Shown: positions 18,632-29,295 of the stretch, piece after piece
How the letters are laid out: each line of letters opens with the position of its first letter
Position numbering within the stretch: the stretch's first letter is position 1
From: an uncultured Acidobacteriota bacterium
GTDB taxonomy: Bacteria > Acidobacteriota > UBA6911
Direction of reading: 5' to 3'
Assembly: GCA_963809485.1 (NCBI GenBank)
Contig: CAWEJX010000006.1
Span: 192,001-256,000, forward strand
Length of the DNA stretch: 64,000 nucleotides
Program-made: the position numbers and the translations under genes
The notes under the pieces: model-generated
The model's database searches: none
What the model was told of the DNA's origin: nothing
The model's input: only the letters and a program-made list of their open reading frames with translations

Positions 18632-19033
18632 ATGATTAAGAAGTTTGATCATGTAGCCATGGTGGTGAGGGACTCCGAAAAAACCGTCCGCCTGCTTTCG
18701 AGCCTGTTTGGATTTGAAGCTGTCGAGTCCCGCGCCAATCCGGAAGGGGGATTCAAATCGACCTTGATATCCAAGTCGGATGTGACGCTCGAGCTGATTG
18801 AACCTACGGGGCCGCAAGGGCCGATACAGAGTTTTATCGAGAAGCGCGGAGGCGGACTGCACCACGTTTCCATCCAGGTGACCGATCTGGACGAAGAAAT
18901 GGCGCGCCTGCGTTCGCGCGGCGCTCAATTCGTAAGCAACGAACCCGTGCAGGTCACGGAAGACACACGGGTCGTTTTCATTCATCCGAAATCCACCGAT
19001 GGGTTGATGGTTGAGCTCATCGAGAGGAAGTAA
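18632..19033 (+). CDS. VOC family protein, methylmalonyl-CoA epimerase-like
   Basis: DHVAMVV, ELIEP, GGLHHV, FIHPKSTDGLMVEL. Confidence 0.87.
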   Translation: MIKKFDHVAMVVRDSEKTVRLLSSLFGFEAVESRANPEGGFKSTLISKSDVTLELIEPTGPQGPIQSFIEKRGGGLHHVSIQVTDLDEEMARLRSRGAQFVSNEPVQVTEDTRVVFIHPKSTDGLMVELIERK

Positions 19034-19040
19034 TCCGCGC

Positions 19041-19084
19041 GCAGGGGCAGCCGGAAGGCGCGCCGCCTTCCGGCCGCCCCCTGC
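19041..19084. terminator. GC-rich hairpin between convergent genes
   Basis: GCAGGGG..GCCGGAAGGCG / CGCCTTCCGGC..CCCCTGC; no clear U tract. Confidence 0.55.
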
Positions 19085-19112
19085 AAAGAAGGAACAGTCT
19101 CTTTTCCGCGAT

Positions 19113-20258
19113 TCAGAGAAACGCTTCCATCAGGTTTGAGATGACCTCGTCCAGGCTGCCGGGATTCTCAGTTTCAATACGGTTTAAAATCCGGTCCACG
19201 CGTATCCTGAGATCGGGATTCGCCAGATCGCTCAGGGACCGGTAATATCCGGCTCTTCTGCCGAGGCGGAAATTGTCCCTCTCGGATTTTGGCAGCGATA
19301 GGTACCGGTCAATAGTTGCCAGCATTCGCTCTTTGGCTTCCGGGAAAGTCCCTTCCAGCTCTTCCAGCAGATTGAGGATGTGGTCGCTGGCGAATTGACT
19401 GGTGATGCCATCCAGGTTCTCGATCAGCAGCTTCTCCTCGGCTATGATCTCATCGTCGCTCAGGAGCTCCATCTCCCCAGACTCAATTTTCCGATACAGC
19501 GGCATGATCTTCAGGGCTTTAAGCGTCCGGACACGGATAAAATCGGGATTGATCCGGCTGAGAACCCTGGCCGTTTCCACGGCATGCTCCTTCCACATCG
19601 ATTTTCCCCCGAGGCCGGGCATGATGTATTCCGACAGCGAGATCCCCGCTTCTTTCACTTTCCGGCCCGCCTCGATATGCTCCCGGGCGGTTACGCCCTT
19701 CTGCACGTATTTCAGGAGCGGGTCATAGCCGGATTCCAATCCAATGTGGATTCTCAAAAGACCAGCGCCGTGCAGATCCCGAAGCTCCTCAACGGATTTG
19801 CGGGAAACCGTCCTGGCCCTCGAGTAGGTCGTTACCCTTTGTACCGAAGGGAAAACCTCTTTGAGGTAATGGAGAATCTCCACCAGATCTTTCGTGCGAA
19901 GGACAAGATTGTTGGCATCCTGCAGAAATACGTTCCTGGCGCCCGTATAAAGCCAGAGAAGCACGCTCCGGTATCCTTCCGGATATTGAAGCGGACGGTT
20001 CAAAACCGAGCCGGCAAACTCCGACGTGATTTTCCCTCCCAGCCCCTGATGCCAGGATAAGGATGTGATTTCCGAGACGATCTCCCGGATTGCCTCGATA
20101 TCTTTTTTTACTTCTTCGACGGTGCGCAAACTGAAACGCTGGCCTTTGTAAATATGGCAGAATTCACATTGATTCCACGAACAATTGCGCGTGACCCTGA
20201 GCAAAAGGCTGTGTGCCTCGCTTGGCGGCCGAATTGGGCCCTGTTCAATAGCTGGCAT
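19113..20258 (-). CDS. Radical SAM protein
   Basis: IRPPSEA, CSWNQCEFC (CxxxCxxC), IGLESG, SDHILN. Confidence 0.9.
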   Translation of the reverse strand: MPAIEQGPIRPPSEAHSLLLRVTRNCSWNQCEFCHIYKGQRFSLRTVEEVKKDIEAIREIVSEITSLSWHQGLGGKITSEFAGSVLNRPLQYPEGYRSVLLWLYTGARNVFLQDANNLVLRTKDLVEILHYLKEVFPSVQRVTTYSRARTVSRKSVEELRDLHGAGLLRIHIGLESGYDPLLKYVQKGVTAREHIEAGRKVKEAGISLSEYIMPGLGGKSMWKEHAVETARVLSRINPDFIRVRTLKALKIMPLYRKIESGEMELLSDDEIIAEEKLLIENLDGITSQFASDHILNLLEELEGTFPEAKERMLATIDRYLSLPKSERDNFRLGRRAGYYRSLSDLANPDLRIRVDRILNRIETENPGSLDEVISNLMEAFL

Positions 20259-20382
20259 AAATGTCTCGAACTCTCGTTAAAAAGAATAATTGTAGCATAG
20301 CGGCTCGCGGCGCCCTGAATGCCCGTGCGCTCTCAGGGCAGGTTTTTGGGCAAAATACAAGGCCGTCTTTGGGCCCGGTTGT

Positions 20383-21540
20383 CTACCTGAAATTTAGCCT
20401 GAGGTGAACAATCTCTGGGCGATTTCCTATGCGCACGGGAGGGCCCCAGGTGCCTACCCCGTTGGAAACGTAAAATTGCGTGCCGGCAATTTTCTTGTAG
20501 CCCCAGGGAAGCTCGTACACCGCATCTACGATGTAATTGACCGGCCAGAGCTGTCCCGCGTGAGTGTGACCCGACAACTGCAGATCGACGCCCTGTCCGA
20601 CGGCTTCCTCGAGCCCGAAGGGTTGATGATCCATCAAAATCACGGGATAGCTTCTGTCGACGCCCGCCATGAGTTCGGCAAGCGACTTTCGCTGGCGCCC
20701 GCCAAATCGGTTGCAGGACCGGTCTTCCCGGCCCACAATAAAAACCGTATCGCCGACCTTTACGCTCTGATCGCGCAGCACGGTGATGTTGTGCTCGGTC
20801 AGGTAAGCACAAGCTTCCTCAGCTCCGCCGATGTACTCATGATTGCCCGTTACGGCGTAGATACCCAGCCGCGAACGGATGCTTCGGAGCGCTTCGCCCA
20901 GATTTTGCTTGATGACAGGATGCAAATCCTCATCGACGATATCTCCCGGAAGAAGGACCAGGTCCGGATCCAGGCGGTTGATTCTGTCGACGATCTGATC
21001 GATGCGGGATCGGCCCACAATGGTGCCCAGATGTATATCCGAAACCGCAACGACATCGAGACTTTCCAGCCGTGCGGACTTTCTCGCCAGGGACAGGCTG
21101 ATGTTTTTTTCCCGCGGCATTACGGCATTGATGTGTCCGGCCAGCATCAAAAATCCCACCAGACCCGTAATCCCGGCCAGAATCAGGTATTTTGCCTGGG
21201 AGTAATTGTTGGTTACGGCTGAAGGGAAAAACGGGAGAAAATGGTTGACCATGCGCATCACATCTAGTGCTGCAGCCGCCATCAGAAAATAGAGCATGGC
21301 CGCAATCCAGAACGATCCTATCCATATAAAGAGATCGGAAAGAGCCGAAGACAGAACATTTTCCAGCATCCTCCCGCCTACGAAGGAAAGTGCAACAGTC
21401 CAGAAGACGATTGCATACGCATGCCGGAGACTGGAATCCGCAGGTATGGACTGCAGTCCCCGAATGTAGATGTAGAAGCTGAACAGCCCCATTATTCCGA
21501 AAAAAACGCCGAAGAACAGAATTTGCATTGGTAGTCTCAT
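20383..21540 (-). CDS. Membrane-anchored metallophosphoesterase (YkuE/YaeI-like)
   Basis: N-terminal TM helices; SDIHLG, GDIVD, GNHE, SGHTHAGQ. Confidence 0.92.
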   Translation of the reverse strand: MRLPMQILFFGVFFGIMGLFSFYIYIRGLQSIPADSSLRHAYAIVFWTVALSFVGGRMLENVLSSALSDLFIWIGSFWIAAMLYFLMAAAALDVMRMVNHFLPFFPSAVTNNYSQAKYLILAGITGLVGFLMLAGHINAVMPREKNISLSLARKSARLESLDVVAVSDIHLGTIVGRSRIDQIVDRINRLDPDLVLLPGDIVDEDLHPVIKQNLGEALRSIRSRLGIYAVTGNHEYIGGAEEACAYLTEHNITVLRDQSVKVGDTVFIVGREDRSCNRFGGRQRKSLAELMAGVDRSYPVILMDHQPFGLEEAVGQGVDLQLSGHTHAGQLWPVNYIVDAVYELPWGYKKIAGTQFYVSNGVGTWGPPVRIGNRPEIVHLRLNFR

Positions 21541-21671
21541 GGCAGGAGTCTACCCCAGGTGCACCTTGGCTGCGGCAGAAAATGCGGACGAAAGTTTCCT
21601 GCAGCGGTGCGATGGTTTCGCCGGTTAAGATTTGAAAAACAGGAAGCCAGAAGCAAGAAGCTGCTGATTAA

Positions 21672-21893
21672 ATTGGTAAACCCCCCGGCTTTGATGGGGG
21701 ACTAAAAGAGTTTGACAGCTCCGTATTTTGAAACGCTGAGAAACGCTGATAAAAGCGCTGACAAACGCCGATTTGTTCGGCGAGGGTCGGCCTTTCCCCG
21801 CGTAAGTCAGCGTTCAAGACCGGCGTAACCCGTCCAACCGCTTTGAGCGGTTCAAATCTTACAAGCCTCCGGCTTTGCCGGAGGTACCTGACT
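21672..21893 (+). mobile_element. Non-autonomous IS200/IS605-type miniature element (PATE-like), copy 2
   Basis: Colinear with 267-498 over its whole length apart from short indels; different flanks; no target duplication. Confidence 0.75.
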
Positions 21894-21917
21894 TATTCCT
21901 ACCGGCTTCTTAGTGAT

Positions 21918-22922
21918 CTATTTCCGGATACAAATCTTTCCGAAGTGCCCGCCGGTTTCCATGAGGCGGAAGGCTTCCGGGACCTCATCAAATCCGAATG
22001 TCCGGTGGATGACGGGATGCAGTCCGTGAAGTGCGATGGCGGCGTTCATTTCCGAAAACATGTCGCGCGAGCCTACAAAGATGCCCTGGACACGAATGTT
22101 GTTCATGAGGACCGGAACAAGGTTTGCCTCGGTCCCGGGCGCCAGCGCGCCGATGAGGCAGAGGGTCCCCCCGCGTCTGACGGCTGAAATCGATTGGTTA
22201 AAGGTCCCGGAGCCGCCCAATTCCACAACCAGATCGACACCGCGTCCCGCTGTCAGCTGCCGGGCACGCTTTCCCCAGTCGGATTCCTTTTTATAGTTAA
22301 TGATTTCGCCGGCGCCCAGTTCCCTGGCTTTGGCCAGTTTTTCGTCACTGCCGGATGTTATCAGGACCCGCGCGCCGCTCAGCAGAGCGAACTGGAGGGC
22401 AAAAATGGAAACTCCGCCGGTACCGAGCGTGAGCACGGTATCGCCCGGCTTTACCTTTCCCTCTGTCACAATTGCGTGCCAGGCGGTCAGCGCGGCGCAG
22501 GGCAGGGTAGCCGCCTCTGCGTAGCTCAGATGATCCGGCATGGGGAGGACGCCTTCCTCGTGAAGCACAACATATTCTGCCAGAACCCCGTCGCGACCTG
22601 CCCCCAGAGCCGTTCTGGCTTTTTCATCCGTAGCTTCGCCGGAAACCCATCGTTCGAAAAAGGTGTTGGCGACCCGGTCTCCCGCCTTGAAATTTTTCAC
22701 CCCGGATCCTACGGCGGCAATTTCGCCGGTGCCGTCGGACAGGGGCACCTGGGGCAGTTTCAGACGCGGATTGTAGCGTCCGGTCACCGTCATCAGGTCG
22801 CGGTAGTTCAGGGACCAGGCATGCATTTTGATCAGGACCTGATGGGCTTCAGGCTCCGGAATCGGGCGGTCCACGACAGCCAGCCCGTCCAGCCCGAATT
22901 TTTGAAGCTCGTATGCTTTCAT
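21918..22922 (-). CDS. NAD(P)-dependent MDR family oxidoreductase (zinc-type ADH-like)
   Basis: SLNYRD, ATLPCAALTAW, GTGGVS, HFGKICI. Confidence 0.92.
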   Translation of the reverse strand: MKAYELQKFGLDGLAVVDRPIPEPEAHQVLIKMHAWSLNYRDLMTVTGRYNPRLKLPQVPLSDGTGEIAAVGSGVKNFKAGDRVANTFFERWVSGEATDEKARTALGAGRDGVLAEYVVLHEEGVLPMPDHLSYAEAATLPCAALTAWHAIVTEGKVKPGDTVLTLGTGGVSIFALQFALLSGARVLITSGSDEKLAKARELGAGEIINYKKESDWGKRARQLTAGRGVDLVVELGGSGTFNQSISAVRRGGTLCLIGALAPGTEANLVPVLMNNIRVQGIFVGSRDMFSEMNAAIALHGLHPVIHRTFGFDEVPEAFRLMETGGHFGKICIRK

Positions 22923-23307
22923 AATCGATCCTTTCCAGGTATCTGCACCGGCTGTGACGATCGTCACACTGAATGGCCAAACCTCATTCTAGAATGAATT
23001 TAGCGACAAGAAAACGACTTACCGAAATAAACAATCGGAGGCAGTTATGGGAATTTGCCCGCATATGCGGGCACGTTTCCGGACTGCCGGGGGATGGCCG
23101 GGATTGCGCAAGGAGATCCGGGCTATCCCCCAGCCGTTTTTTTTGGTGCCTTTCCGCCGGGCATGTCCGTTCTGTTTCGCCGCAAATCCGCTTTCGTAAT
23201 CTTTGGCCCAGTTCATGGTTTTGTTCACTACCATCAAAAATTTTGAGCTTGCTTTATCAGGGGATTCGGGGATAGATATAGGAAAAATTCTCCCCGGAGA
23301 TCCTCAG

Positions 23308-24966
23308 ATGGAAAAGGCATCCATGCGAGTTTTGCTGGTGGGTGTCGGTTCGCCCGATGCCCGCCATCTGCAGAAGCAGTTGCATGGAATCGGGTGCGCA
23401 ATATCTGACATCGTATGTGTCAACCGGCAGCGCAGGGCTCTGGATCGGCTTGGCGATGAGGAGTTCGATATTGTGCTGCTCAACATTTCGGCTCGGAGCA
23501 CTTTTGAACCGGGCATCGTAACAAGTTTAAGACGAAAATGGCCCTATATCCCCATAGTGGGTTTGATTGGATCCGGCGATGATCCCGGGATTAAGGCCCG
23601 GCAAAACAGCTTGTGGGAGGGCCTGGTCGAAAGCCGTACCGATCCGCAGGCGATCTTGCGCGCCATCCGCTACGCCATCCGGCAGAAATGGTACGAGGAC
23701 GCTTTGCGCGACAGCGAGGAGCGATTCCGCCTGGCCTGCGAAACCTCCCGTTCCATGGTTTATGACATTGATGCCAATAGCGGCCGTGCCATCCTGGTCC
23801 AAGGGCTTCCTCTCTTGCTGGGGTATGGTCCGGAGGAAGAACTGCAAAGCCGGGAATGGTGGTTCGCTCAGATTCATGCGGATGATGTAAGGGAAGTCCG
23901 GCGCATGCTGCAGGAGGCAAGGAGACGAGGGGAAGATTACCACCTTCAATACAGGGTCCGCCACAGGGACGGATCCTGCCTTTTCGTGGAAGATGCCGGG
24001 CGATATATTGAAGATGCGAAGCGGCAAATAATTCGGGCTGTCGGGAGCGTTGTCGATGTTACCCAGCGCAAGCGGGCGGAGGAGGCTTTGCGCCGGAGCG
24101 AGCACCAGTATCACGACCTTGCGGAGCAGCTTGAAAAGAGAGTGGAACAGAGAACGGCGGACCTGGTCAAGCGCAGCCGTCAGCTTCATGCCCTGGCGGC
24201 TCAGCTGACGCAGGCAGAAGAACACGAACGGAAGCGCCTGGCGCAAGCCATTCACGACAACCTCCAGCAATTGCTGGTCGGCGCCAAGTTTTGCGCGGAA
24301 ACTCTTGCAGGCGAAATTCCCGGCAATGCCCGGCGGGAAATAGTGCGGCGGTTAAGTCAATTCCTGAATGATGCCATCGCAAGCTCGCGCTCGCTCGCCT
24401 TCGAGTTGAGTCCACCCTTGCTCCATAGTGCCGGGCTGGCAAGGTCGCTGCACTGGCTCGCACGGCACATGGAAACGAAACACGATCTGAGAGTGGAGGT
24501 GAACGCCGATGATCATGCCAATCCGGCAGATGAAGACTTGGGCAGTCTCCTTTTCCAGTCTGTGCGTGAACTGCTGTTCAATGTCGTGAAGCACGCGCAG
24601 GTGCGGACGGTGGAACTTGAAATGAGCCGCTTTGATACGGATTTTGTGAGAATTACGGTTACCGATGCCGGAGTGGGTTTTGACCCGGGACAATTGCGGG
24701 AAGATACCCAGCAGGGCTTCGGGCTCAATAGTATCCGCGGGCGGCTCGACCTGGTGGGTGGAAAACTGGAAATAAACAGCGCTGCCGGCAGCGGATGCCG
24801 TATTACCCTGATGGCGCCGCTGGGCAGGCTCGAAGCGGCGGAAGGGGCAACGAAAGGCGCGGGCCGGGGCGCCGTCGAGCCGTCCAGACCCCGCGGCGAG
24901 CTTTTGCGCGCCGGCCGCAAAAAACAGGCTCCCGATCAGGATAAGACCTCCATCAAGTCCAATTGA
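23308..24966 (+). CDS. Sensor histidine kinase: pseudo-receiver, PAS, HisKA_3, HATPase
   Basis: IHADD..YRVRHRDG PAS; ERKRLAQAIHDNLQQ H-box; ELLFNVVKHA; DAGVGF; GFGL. Confidence 0.9.
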   Translation: MEKASMRVLLVGVGSPDARHLQKQLHGIGCAISDIVCVNRQRRALDRLGDEEFDIVLLNISARSTFEPGIVTSLRRKWPYIPIVGLIGSGDDPGIKARQNSLWEGLVESRTDPQAILRAIRYAIRQKWYEDALRDSEERFRLACETSRSMVYDIDANSGRAILVQGLPLLLGYGPEEELQSREWWFAQIHADDVREVRRMLQEARRRGEDYHLQYRVRHRDGSCLFVEDAGRYIEDAKRQIIRAVGSVVDVTQRKRAEEALRRSEHQYHDLAEQLEKRVEQRTADLVKRSRQLHALAAQLTQAEEHERKRLAQAIHDNLQQLLVGAKFCAETLAGEIPGNARREIVRRLSQFLNDAIASSRSLAFELSPPLLHSAGLARSLHWLARHMETKHDLRVEVNADDHANPADEDLGSLLFQSVRELLFNVVKHAQVRTVELEMSRFDTDFVRITVTDAGVGFDPGQLREDTQQGFGLNSIRGRLDLVGGKLEINSAAGSGCRITLMAPLGRLEAAEGATKGAGRGAVEPSRPRGELLRAGRKKQAPDQDKTSIKSN

Positions 24967-25288
24967 CAGTCAGCAAAGCCGGCGGACTCGCGGAGTTTGG
25001 AATCTCCGGGCTCATACTGCGCTGACAGACACCGATACCACAGGCAAATGCCGGCGAATTTCCGCGGTCGAAAGCCGAGGATCTCATCCAGTCGCTTTGA
25101 ACGGTATTCCATCGGAGGTTGATGCCCTCGGTCAAATTGTGGCGCACTCCTGTTTTTGTGTTCCGGCGGAATCGCGGTCAACCGCCCTCCGATCGTTTTC
25201 ACCTTGAACCGGGGCTCCTAATGACTTATAAAAAACCTTTTATGTATTGATTTGGGTGCACACTATAACGAGACGGAGGAAAGCCATA

Positions 25289-26389
25289 ATGGCCTTAATC
25301 GACTTTGGAGGTACAAAAGAACAGGTAGTGACCCGCAAGGAGTTCCCCATGACCAGGGCGCGCAAGGCGCTCAAGGGCGAGACAATCGCCGTGATCGGCT
25401 ATGGCGTCCAGGGCCCCGCGCAGGCTCTGAACATGAAGGATAACGGGTTCAAGGTCATCATCGGTCAGTCCAGGCAGTTTCGAAAGGACTGGGATCGTGC
25501 CAGGAAAGACGGCTGGGTGCCCGGCAAGGACCTCTTTGATATCGCGGAAGCCTGCGAACGTGGAACCATCATTGAAATGCTTGTGTCGGATGCGGCGCAG
25601 AGGGCCATCTGGCCTTTGATGAAGCATCATCTCACGGCCGGCAAAGCTCTTTATTTTTCGCACGGATTTTCGATTGCCTACAAAAAGCTGACTCAAGTCA
25701 TCCCTCCCAAGGATGTCGATGTCATTATGGTCGCTCCTAAAGGATCGGGCACGTCTCTGCGCCGCAATTTCCTCTCCGGCGCGGGGATCAACTCGAGTTT
25801 TGCCATAGAGCAGGACGCCACGGGTCGCGCCCGGGAGAGATGTCTCGCACTGGGCATCGCGATCGGTTCCGGATACCTGTTCCCCACGACCTTCCGCAAT
25901 GAAGTCTTCAGCGACCTTACCGGGGAACGGGGCGTTCTCATGGGCGCCATAGCGGGCGTGATGGAAGCCCAGTATGACGTGCTCAGGAAGCACGGGCACA
26001 GCCCCAGCGAGGCTTTCAACGAAACCGTCGAAGAATTTACAGAAAGCCTGATACGGCTGGTCGCGGAAAACGGCATGGACTGGATGTATGCCAACTGCTC
26101 CGCCACCGCCCAGCGCGGCGCGCTTGACTGGAAGCCCAAGTTCAAAAAGGCGGTGAAGCCCGTATTCGACGCGCTCTACAAGAGGGTGGCTTCGGGTGAA
26201 GAGACGAAGCGTGTCCTGACCAGTTGCGGCAAGCCGGACTACCAGCAGCAGCTCACCAAAGAGCTGAATGTCATGGCCAATTCGGAAATGTGGCTGGCCG
26301 GAAAAGCCACCCGGGCCCTGCGTCCCAAGGAGCCGGCGAAGAAATTCATCGGCACCGCGAAGGGCACTTACGGCAGGGCGTCCAACTGA
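25289..26389 (+). CDS. ilvC: Ketol-acid reductoisomerase
   Basis: IGYGVQGPAQALN, FSHGF, VAPKGSG, SDLTGERG; GGAGG RBS. Confidence 0.95.
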   Translation: MALIDFGGTKEQVVTRKEFPMTRARKALKGETIAVIGYGVQGPAQALNMKDNGFKVIIGQSRQFRKDWDRARKDGWVPGKDLFDIAEACERGTIIEMLVSDAAQRAIWPLMKHHLTAGKALYFSHGFSIAYKKLTQVIPPKDVDVIMVAPKGSGTSLRRNFLSGAGINSSFAIEQDATGRARERCLALGIAIGSGYLFPTTFRNEVFSDLTGERGVLMGAIAGVMEAQYDVLRKHGHSPSEAFNETVEEFTESLIRLVAENGMDWMYANCSATAQRGALDWKPKFKKAVKPVFDALYKRVASGEETKRVLTSCGKPDYQQQLTKELNVMANSEMWLAGKATRALRPKEPAKKFIGTAKGTYGRASN

Positions 26390-26480
26390 TTTCTGATTTG
26401 CGGTTGGCGATTGGCCAATAATGGGTCATATTTATCGAGGCAAATGTTGGAGTGGAGGGTTTGTCTTTGGGAGGAAAACC

Positions 26481-26690
26481 ATGAAAACCGGTGCGAGAAA
26501 CAGCTTCGAGGCGACGGTCCAATCCATAAAGAGCGACGAGATAATGTCGCTCGTAAAATTTGATGTCAAGGCTCCCCACGAAATGGCCTCCGTCCTGACA
26601 ACGGAATCGGTGAAAGACATGAACCTTAAGGTCGGCGACAAAATCCTGCTGATCGTTAAGGCGATTCACGTCCTGCCGGTCAAGGAGTAA
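26481..26690 (+). CDS. TOBE/Mop-type molybdate-binding protein
   Basis: GARN at the N-terminus, SVLTTESVKDMNLKVGD, IVKA; 69 aa. Confidence 0.85.
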   Translation: MKTGARNSFEATVQSIKSDEIMSLVKFDVKAPHEMASVLTTESVKDMNLKVGDKILLIVKAIHVLPVKE

Positions 26691-26701
26691 AGCGAATCCA
26701 G

Positions 26702-27070
26702 ATGACAGGTCATTCGGAGATCCAGGGGATCCGCGGTTCCACCGTGATCGTGATCAACAACGACGGGATGGGTTGCGCCGAAGAACCATTGCGGCATAAG
26801 CTCCTGGGTATTTATCTGGGCATGCTCCGGGCCAACGAGTCCTACCCCGGAGCCATCTGCTTTTACGCGGCGGGAGTCAAAATGGCGGTCGAGGATTCCC
26901 CCGTGCTGGAAGAGTTGCGCGAACTTGAGGCCAAGGGAGTGCGCCTTATAGTCTGCCGCACGTGCCTCCAGTATTACGGCTTGACCGAAAAGGCAGCCGC
27001 CGGTGCGATCGGAGGCATGAACGACATCGTTCAGGCCCAGCGGACGGCAAGCAAAGTAATCACCTTATAA
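26702..27070 (+). CDS. DsrE family protein (YedF-like sulfur/selenium relay)
   Basis: GMG, ICFYAAGVK, CRTCLQYYGL, GGMNDIV. Confidence 0.8.
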   Translation: MTGHSEIQGIRGSTVIVINNDGMGCAEEPLRHKLLGIYLGMLRANESYPGAICFYAAGVKMAVEDSPVLEELRELEAKGVRLIVCRTCLQYYGLTEKAAAGAIGGMNDIVQAQRTASKVITL

Positions 27071-27073
27071 AAC

Positions 27074-27130
27074 ATTCGAGATTCGAAATTCGAAATTTAA
27101 TGCCGAATCTCGAATTTCGATTCCCGAATC
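27074..27130. repeat. TTCGAAA-type heptamer palindrome filling the intergenic gap
   Basis: ATTCGAG-ATTCGAA-ATTCGAA...ATCTCGA-ATTTCGA-TTCCCGAAT. Confidence 0.7.
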
Positions 27131-27131
27131 C

Positions 27132-28079
27132 ATGAACAAAGACGAACTATATCAGACTCCGTATAATTTCCTCGGGCTTCCGGCGGAACTTGCGGATCCG
27201 GCGCGCGCCCGCGGATGGCTTCTGCCGATTCCCTACGAATCCACAACCTCCTACGGCGCCGGCACCCGCGACGGGCCGGCGGCAATCCTGGCCGCATCTC
27301 GCCAGGTGGAGCTCTACGACCACGAATTCAGGGGGGAACCTGCGCTCGATTACGGGATTCACACGACGCTCCCGCTGAATCTTGTGCACCGCTCGCCGGA
27401 AGCTATGATCCAATCCGTGGAAAGCGCCGTTGCGGAGCTTTTGTCCGGGCCGCAACGGCCGGAGGTCCTCGGAGTGCTCGGCGGAGAGCACAGCATTTCC
27501 GCCGGTGTTGTGCGCGGCCTGGCACGGGCATCATCTGCCCGAAACCTGGTCGTGGTTCACATCGATGCGCACGCCGACCTGCGGGAAGAGTACGAGGACT
27601 CCCCTTACAGCCATGCCTGTGCGGCAAAAAGGATCCTGGAGACCTGCCCGATTTTTCAGATCGGGATCCGGAACTTCTCGATGGAAGAGGCAGTCTTCAT
27701 GCGTGGCAACCGCCGTGTACGGACGGTTTTTGCCGAAGAAGCGGTTGAGCCCGGAGGGCGTTTTTTGCGGGAGCTGGCTCAGTTCGTCAGGGGCAAGCGC
27801 GTATTTTTAACCCTGGACCTGGACGGCCTGGATCCGTCCATCATGCCGGCAGTGGGAACGCCGGAGCCCGGCGGGATTTCCTGGCAGCGGACGCTCGAAA
27901 TCATCCGGACCGTCTGCAAAAATGCCGCCGGAGTGCCTGTATTTGATGTTGTGGAGCTGGCGCCGATCGCGGGCTTTCGAGCCCCGGATTTTCTGGCGGC
28001 CAGGCTGGTTTACAAGCTTTTTACATACACGCTGATTCAGAAACAGAAGAGAAACAAAAGGAGAAGCGGGAATGGGTAA
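27132..28079 (+). CDS. speB: Agmatinase (ureohydrolase)
   Basis: GGEHS, DAHAD, SHAC, DLDGLDP, GTPEPGG. Confidence 0.9.
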   Translation: MNKDELYQTPYNFLGLPAELADPARARGWLLPIPYESTTSYGAGTRDGPAAILAASRQVELYDHEFRGEPALDYGIHTTLPLNLVHRSPEAMIQSVESAVAELLSGPQRPEVLGVLGGEHSISAGVVRGLARASSARNLVVVHIDAHADLREEYEDSPYSHACAAKRILETCPIFQIGIRNFSMEEAVFMRGNRRVRTVFAEEAVEPGGRFLRELAQFVRGKRVFLTLDLDGLDPSIMPAVGTPEPGGISWQRTLEIIRTVCKNAAGVPVFDVVELAPIAGFRAPDFLAARLVYKLFTYTLIQKQKRNKRRSGNG

Positions 28080-29229
28080 TGTCAAGCTGCCCAAAAGGTT
28101 TATAAGCAAATACCCGCACAAGTTTTCCAAGGGGAAACAGCAGTTTCTGCGCGGGAAGCGCATCCTTCCGAAGCCGATCACGGGCCGGGAGTCGGTGCGG
28201 GACCTGATCGACAATACCTTCCTGGCATACAACGCGGGGCGTTTGCAGGAGGCTTGCGGCCTGTTCGTGGAGAAAATGCTCCGGCCGAACGTCACTGTCG
28301 GCATGAGTCTTTCGGGTGCGCTGACTCCGGCGGGGTTGGGATCTTCGGTGGTTATTCCGCTCATCAACGCCGGTTTCGTGGACTGGATCGTCTCGACGGG
28401 CGCGAATCTCTATCACGACATGCACCACGCAATGAACATGCCTCTCTATCGCGGATCTCCTTTTTCCCCGGACCCGGAACTCAGGAAACTGGGTGTTGTA
28501 CGTATTTACGACATCCTGCTGGACTACAACGATGTGCTGATGGCTACGGATCACGTGTTGCGGCAGGTGCTCATGCAGCCCGAGTTTCAGCACGAAATGG
28601 GCACTTCCGAGCTCCACTACCTGCTGGGCAAGTATTGCGCCCAATTTGAGGAGCAGACCGGCAGAAAGAACTCCTCCGTTCTGGCGGCCGCGTACCGCGC
28701 GGGAGTCCCCTGCTTTTGCCCCTCGCCGGGCGATTCGACGATTGGTATGAACATCGCGGGATTGGAGCTGCGCAACAATGCGCTGCGCATCAATTCGTCG
28801 CGCGACGTGAATGAAACGACGGGGATTGTCCTGGCCGCAAAGCGCGCGGGCTTCAAGACCGGCACGCTTCTCATCGGCGGCGGGTCTCCCAAAAACTTCA
28901 CGCTCCAGACCGAGCCGCAGATTCAGGAAGTGCTCCGGGTCAAGGAAGAGGGACACGACTACTTCATTCAATTCACCGACGCGAGGCCCGATACGGGAGG
29001 CCTGTCGGGGGCGACACCGCATGAAGCCGTCACATGGGGCAAGGTCGATCCCCTGCAGCTTCCCGATGCGGTGGTGTGCTATGTGGATTCAACCGTCGCC
29101 TTCCCGCTGCTGGCGCACTATGCGCTGTCGCGGCACCGGCCCCGGAAGCTCAAACGTCTCTATCACAAGCTCCCGGCCATCATGGATTTGGTCACGAAAG
29201 AGTATTGGAAAAACAATAAACAACTGTAA
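28072..29229 (+). CDS. Deoxyhypusine synthase-like protein (probable homospermidine biosynthesis)
   Basis: [34 protein letters not shown]. Confidence 0.88.
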   Translation: MGNVKLPKRFISKYPHKFSKGKQQFLRGKRILPKPITGRESVRDLIDNTFLAYNAGRLQEACGLFVEKMLRPNVTVGMSLSGALTPAGLGSSVVIPLINAGFVDWIVSTGANLYHDMHHAMNMPLYRGSPFSPDPELRKLGVVRIYDILLDYNDVLMATDHVLRQVLMQPEFQHEMGTSELHYLLGKYCAQFEEQTGRKNSSVLAAAYRAGVPCFCPSPGDSTIGMNIAGLELRNNALRINSSRDVNETTGIVLAAKRAGFKTGTLLIGGGSPKNFTLQTEPQIQEVLRVKEEGHDYFIQFTDARPDTGGLSGATPHEAVTWGKVDPLQLPDAVVCYVDSTVAFPLLAHYALSRHRPRKLKRLYHKLPAIMDLVTKEYWKNNKQL

Positions 29230-29232
29230 CCC

Positions 29233-29291
29233 AATTACGAATGACAAATGGACTCATACGCTTTTTATTTCGTCATTCGTAATTCGTGATT
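29233..29291. repeat. Inverted heptamer pair (hairpin) inside the operon gap
   Basis: AATTACGAATGACAAAT / ATTTCGTCATTCGTAATT. Confidence 0.75.
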
Positions 29292-29295
29292 ATAA

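Noticed and set aside
24967-25288. Attenuator upstream of ilvC
   Set aside because: No Ile/Leu/Val-rich uORF coupled to a terminator could be identified
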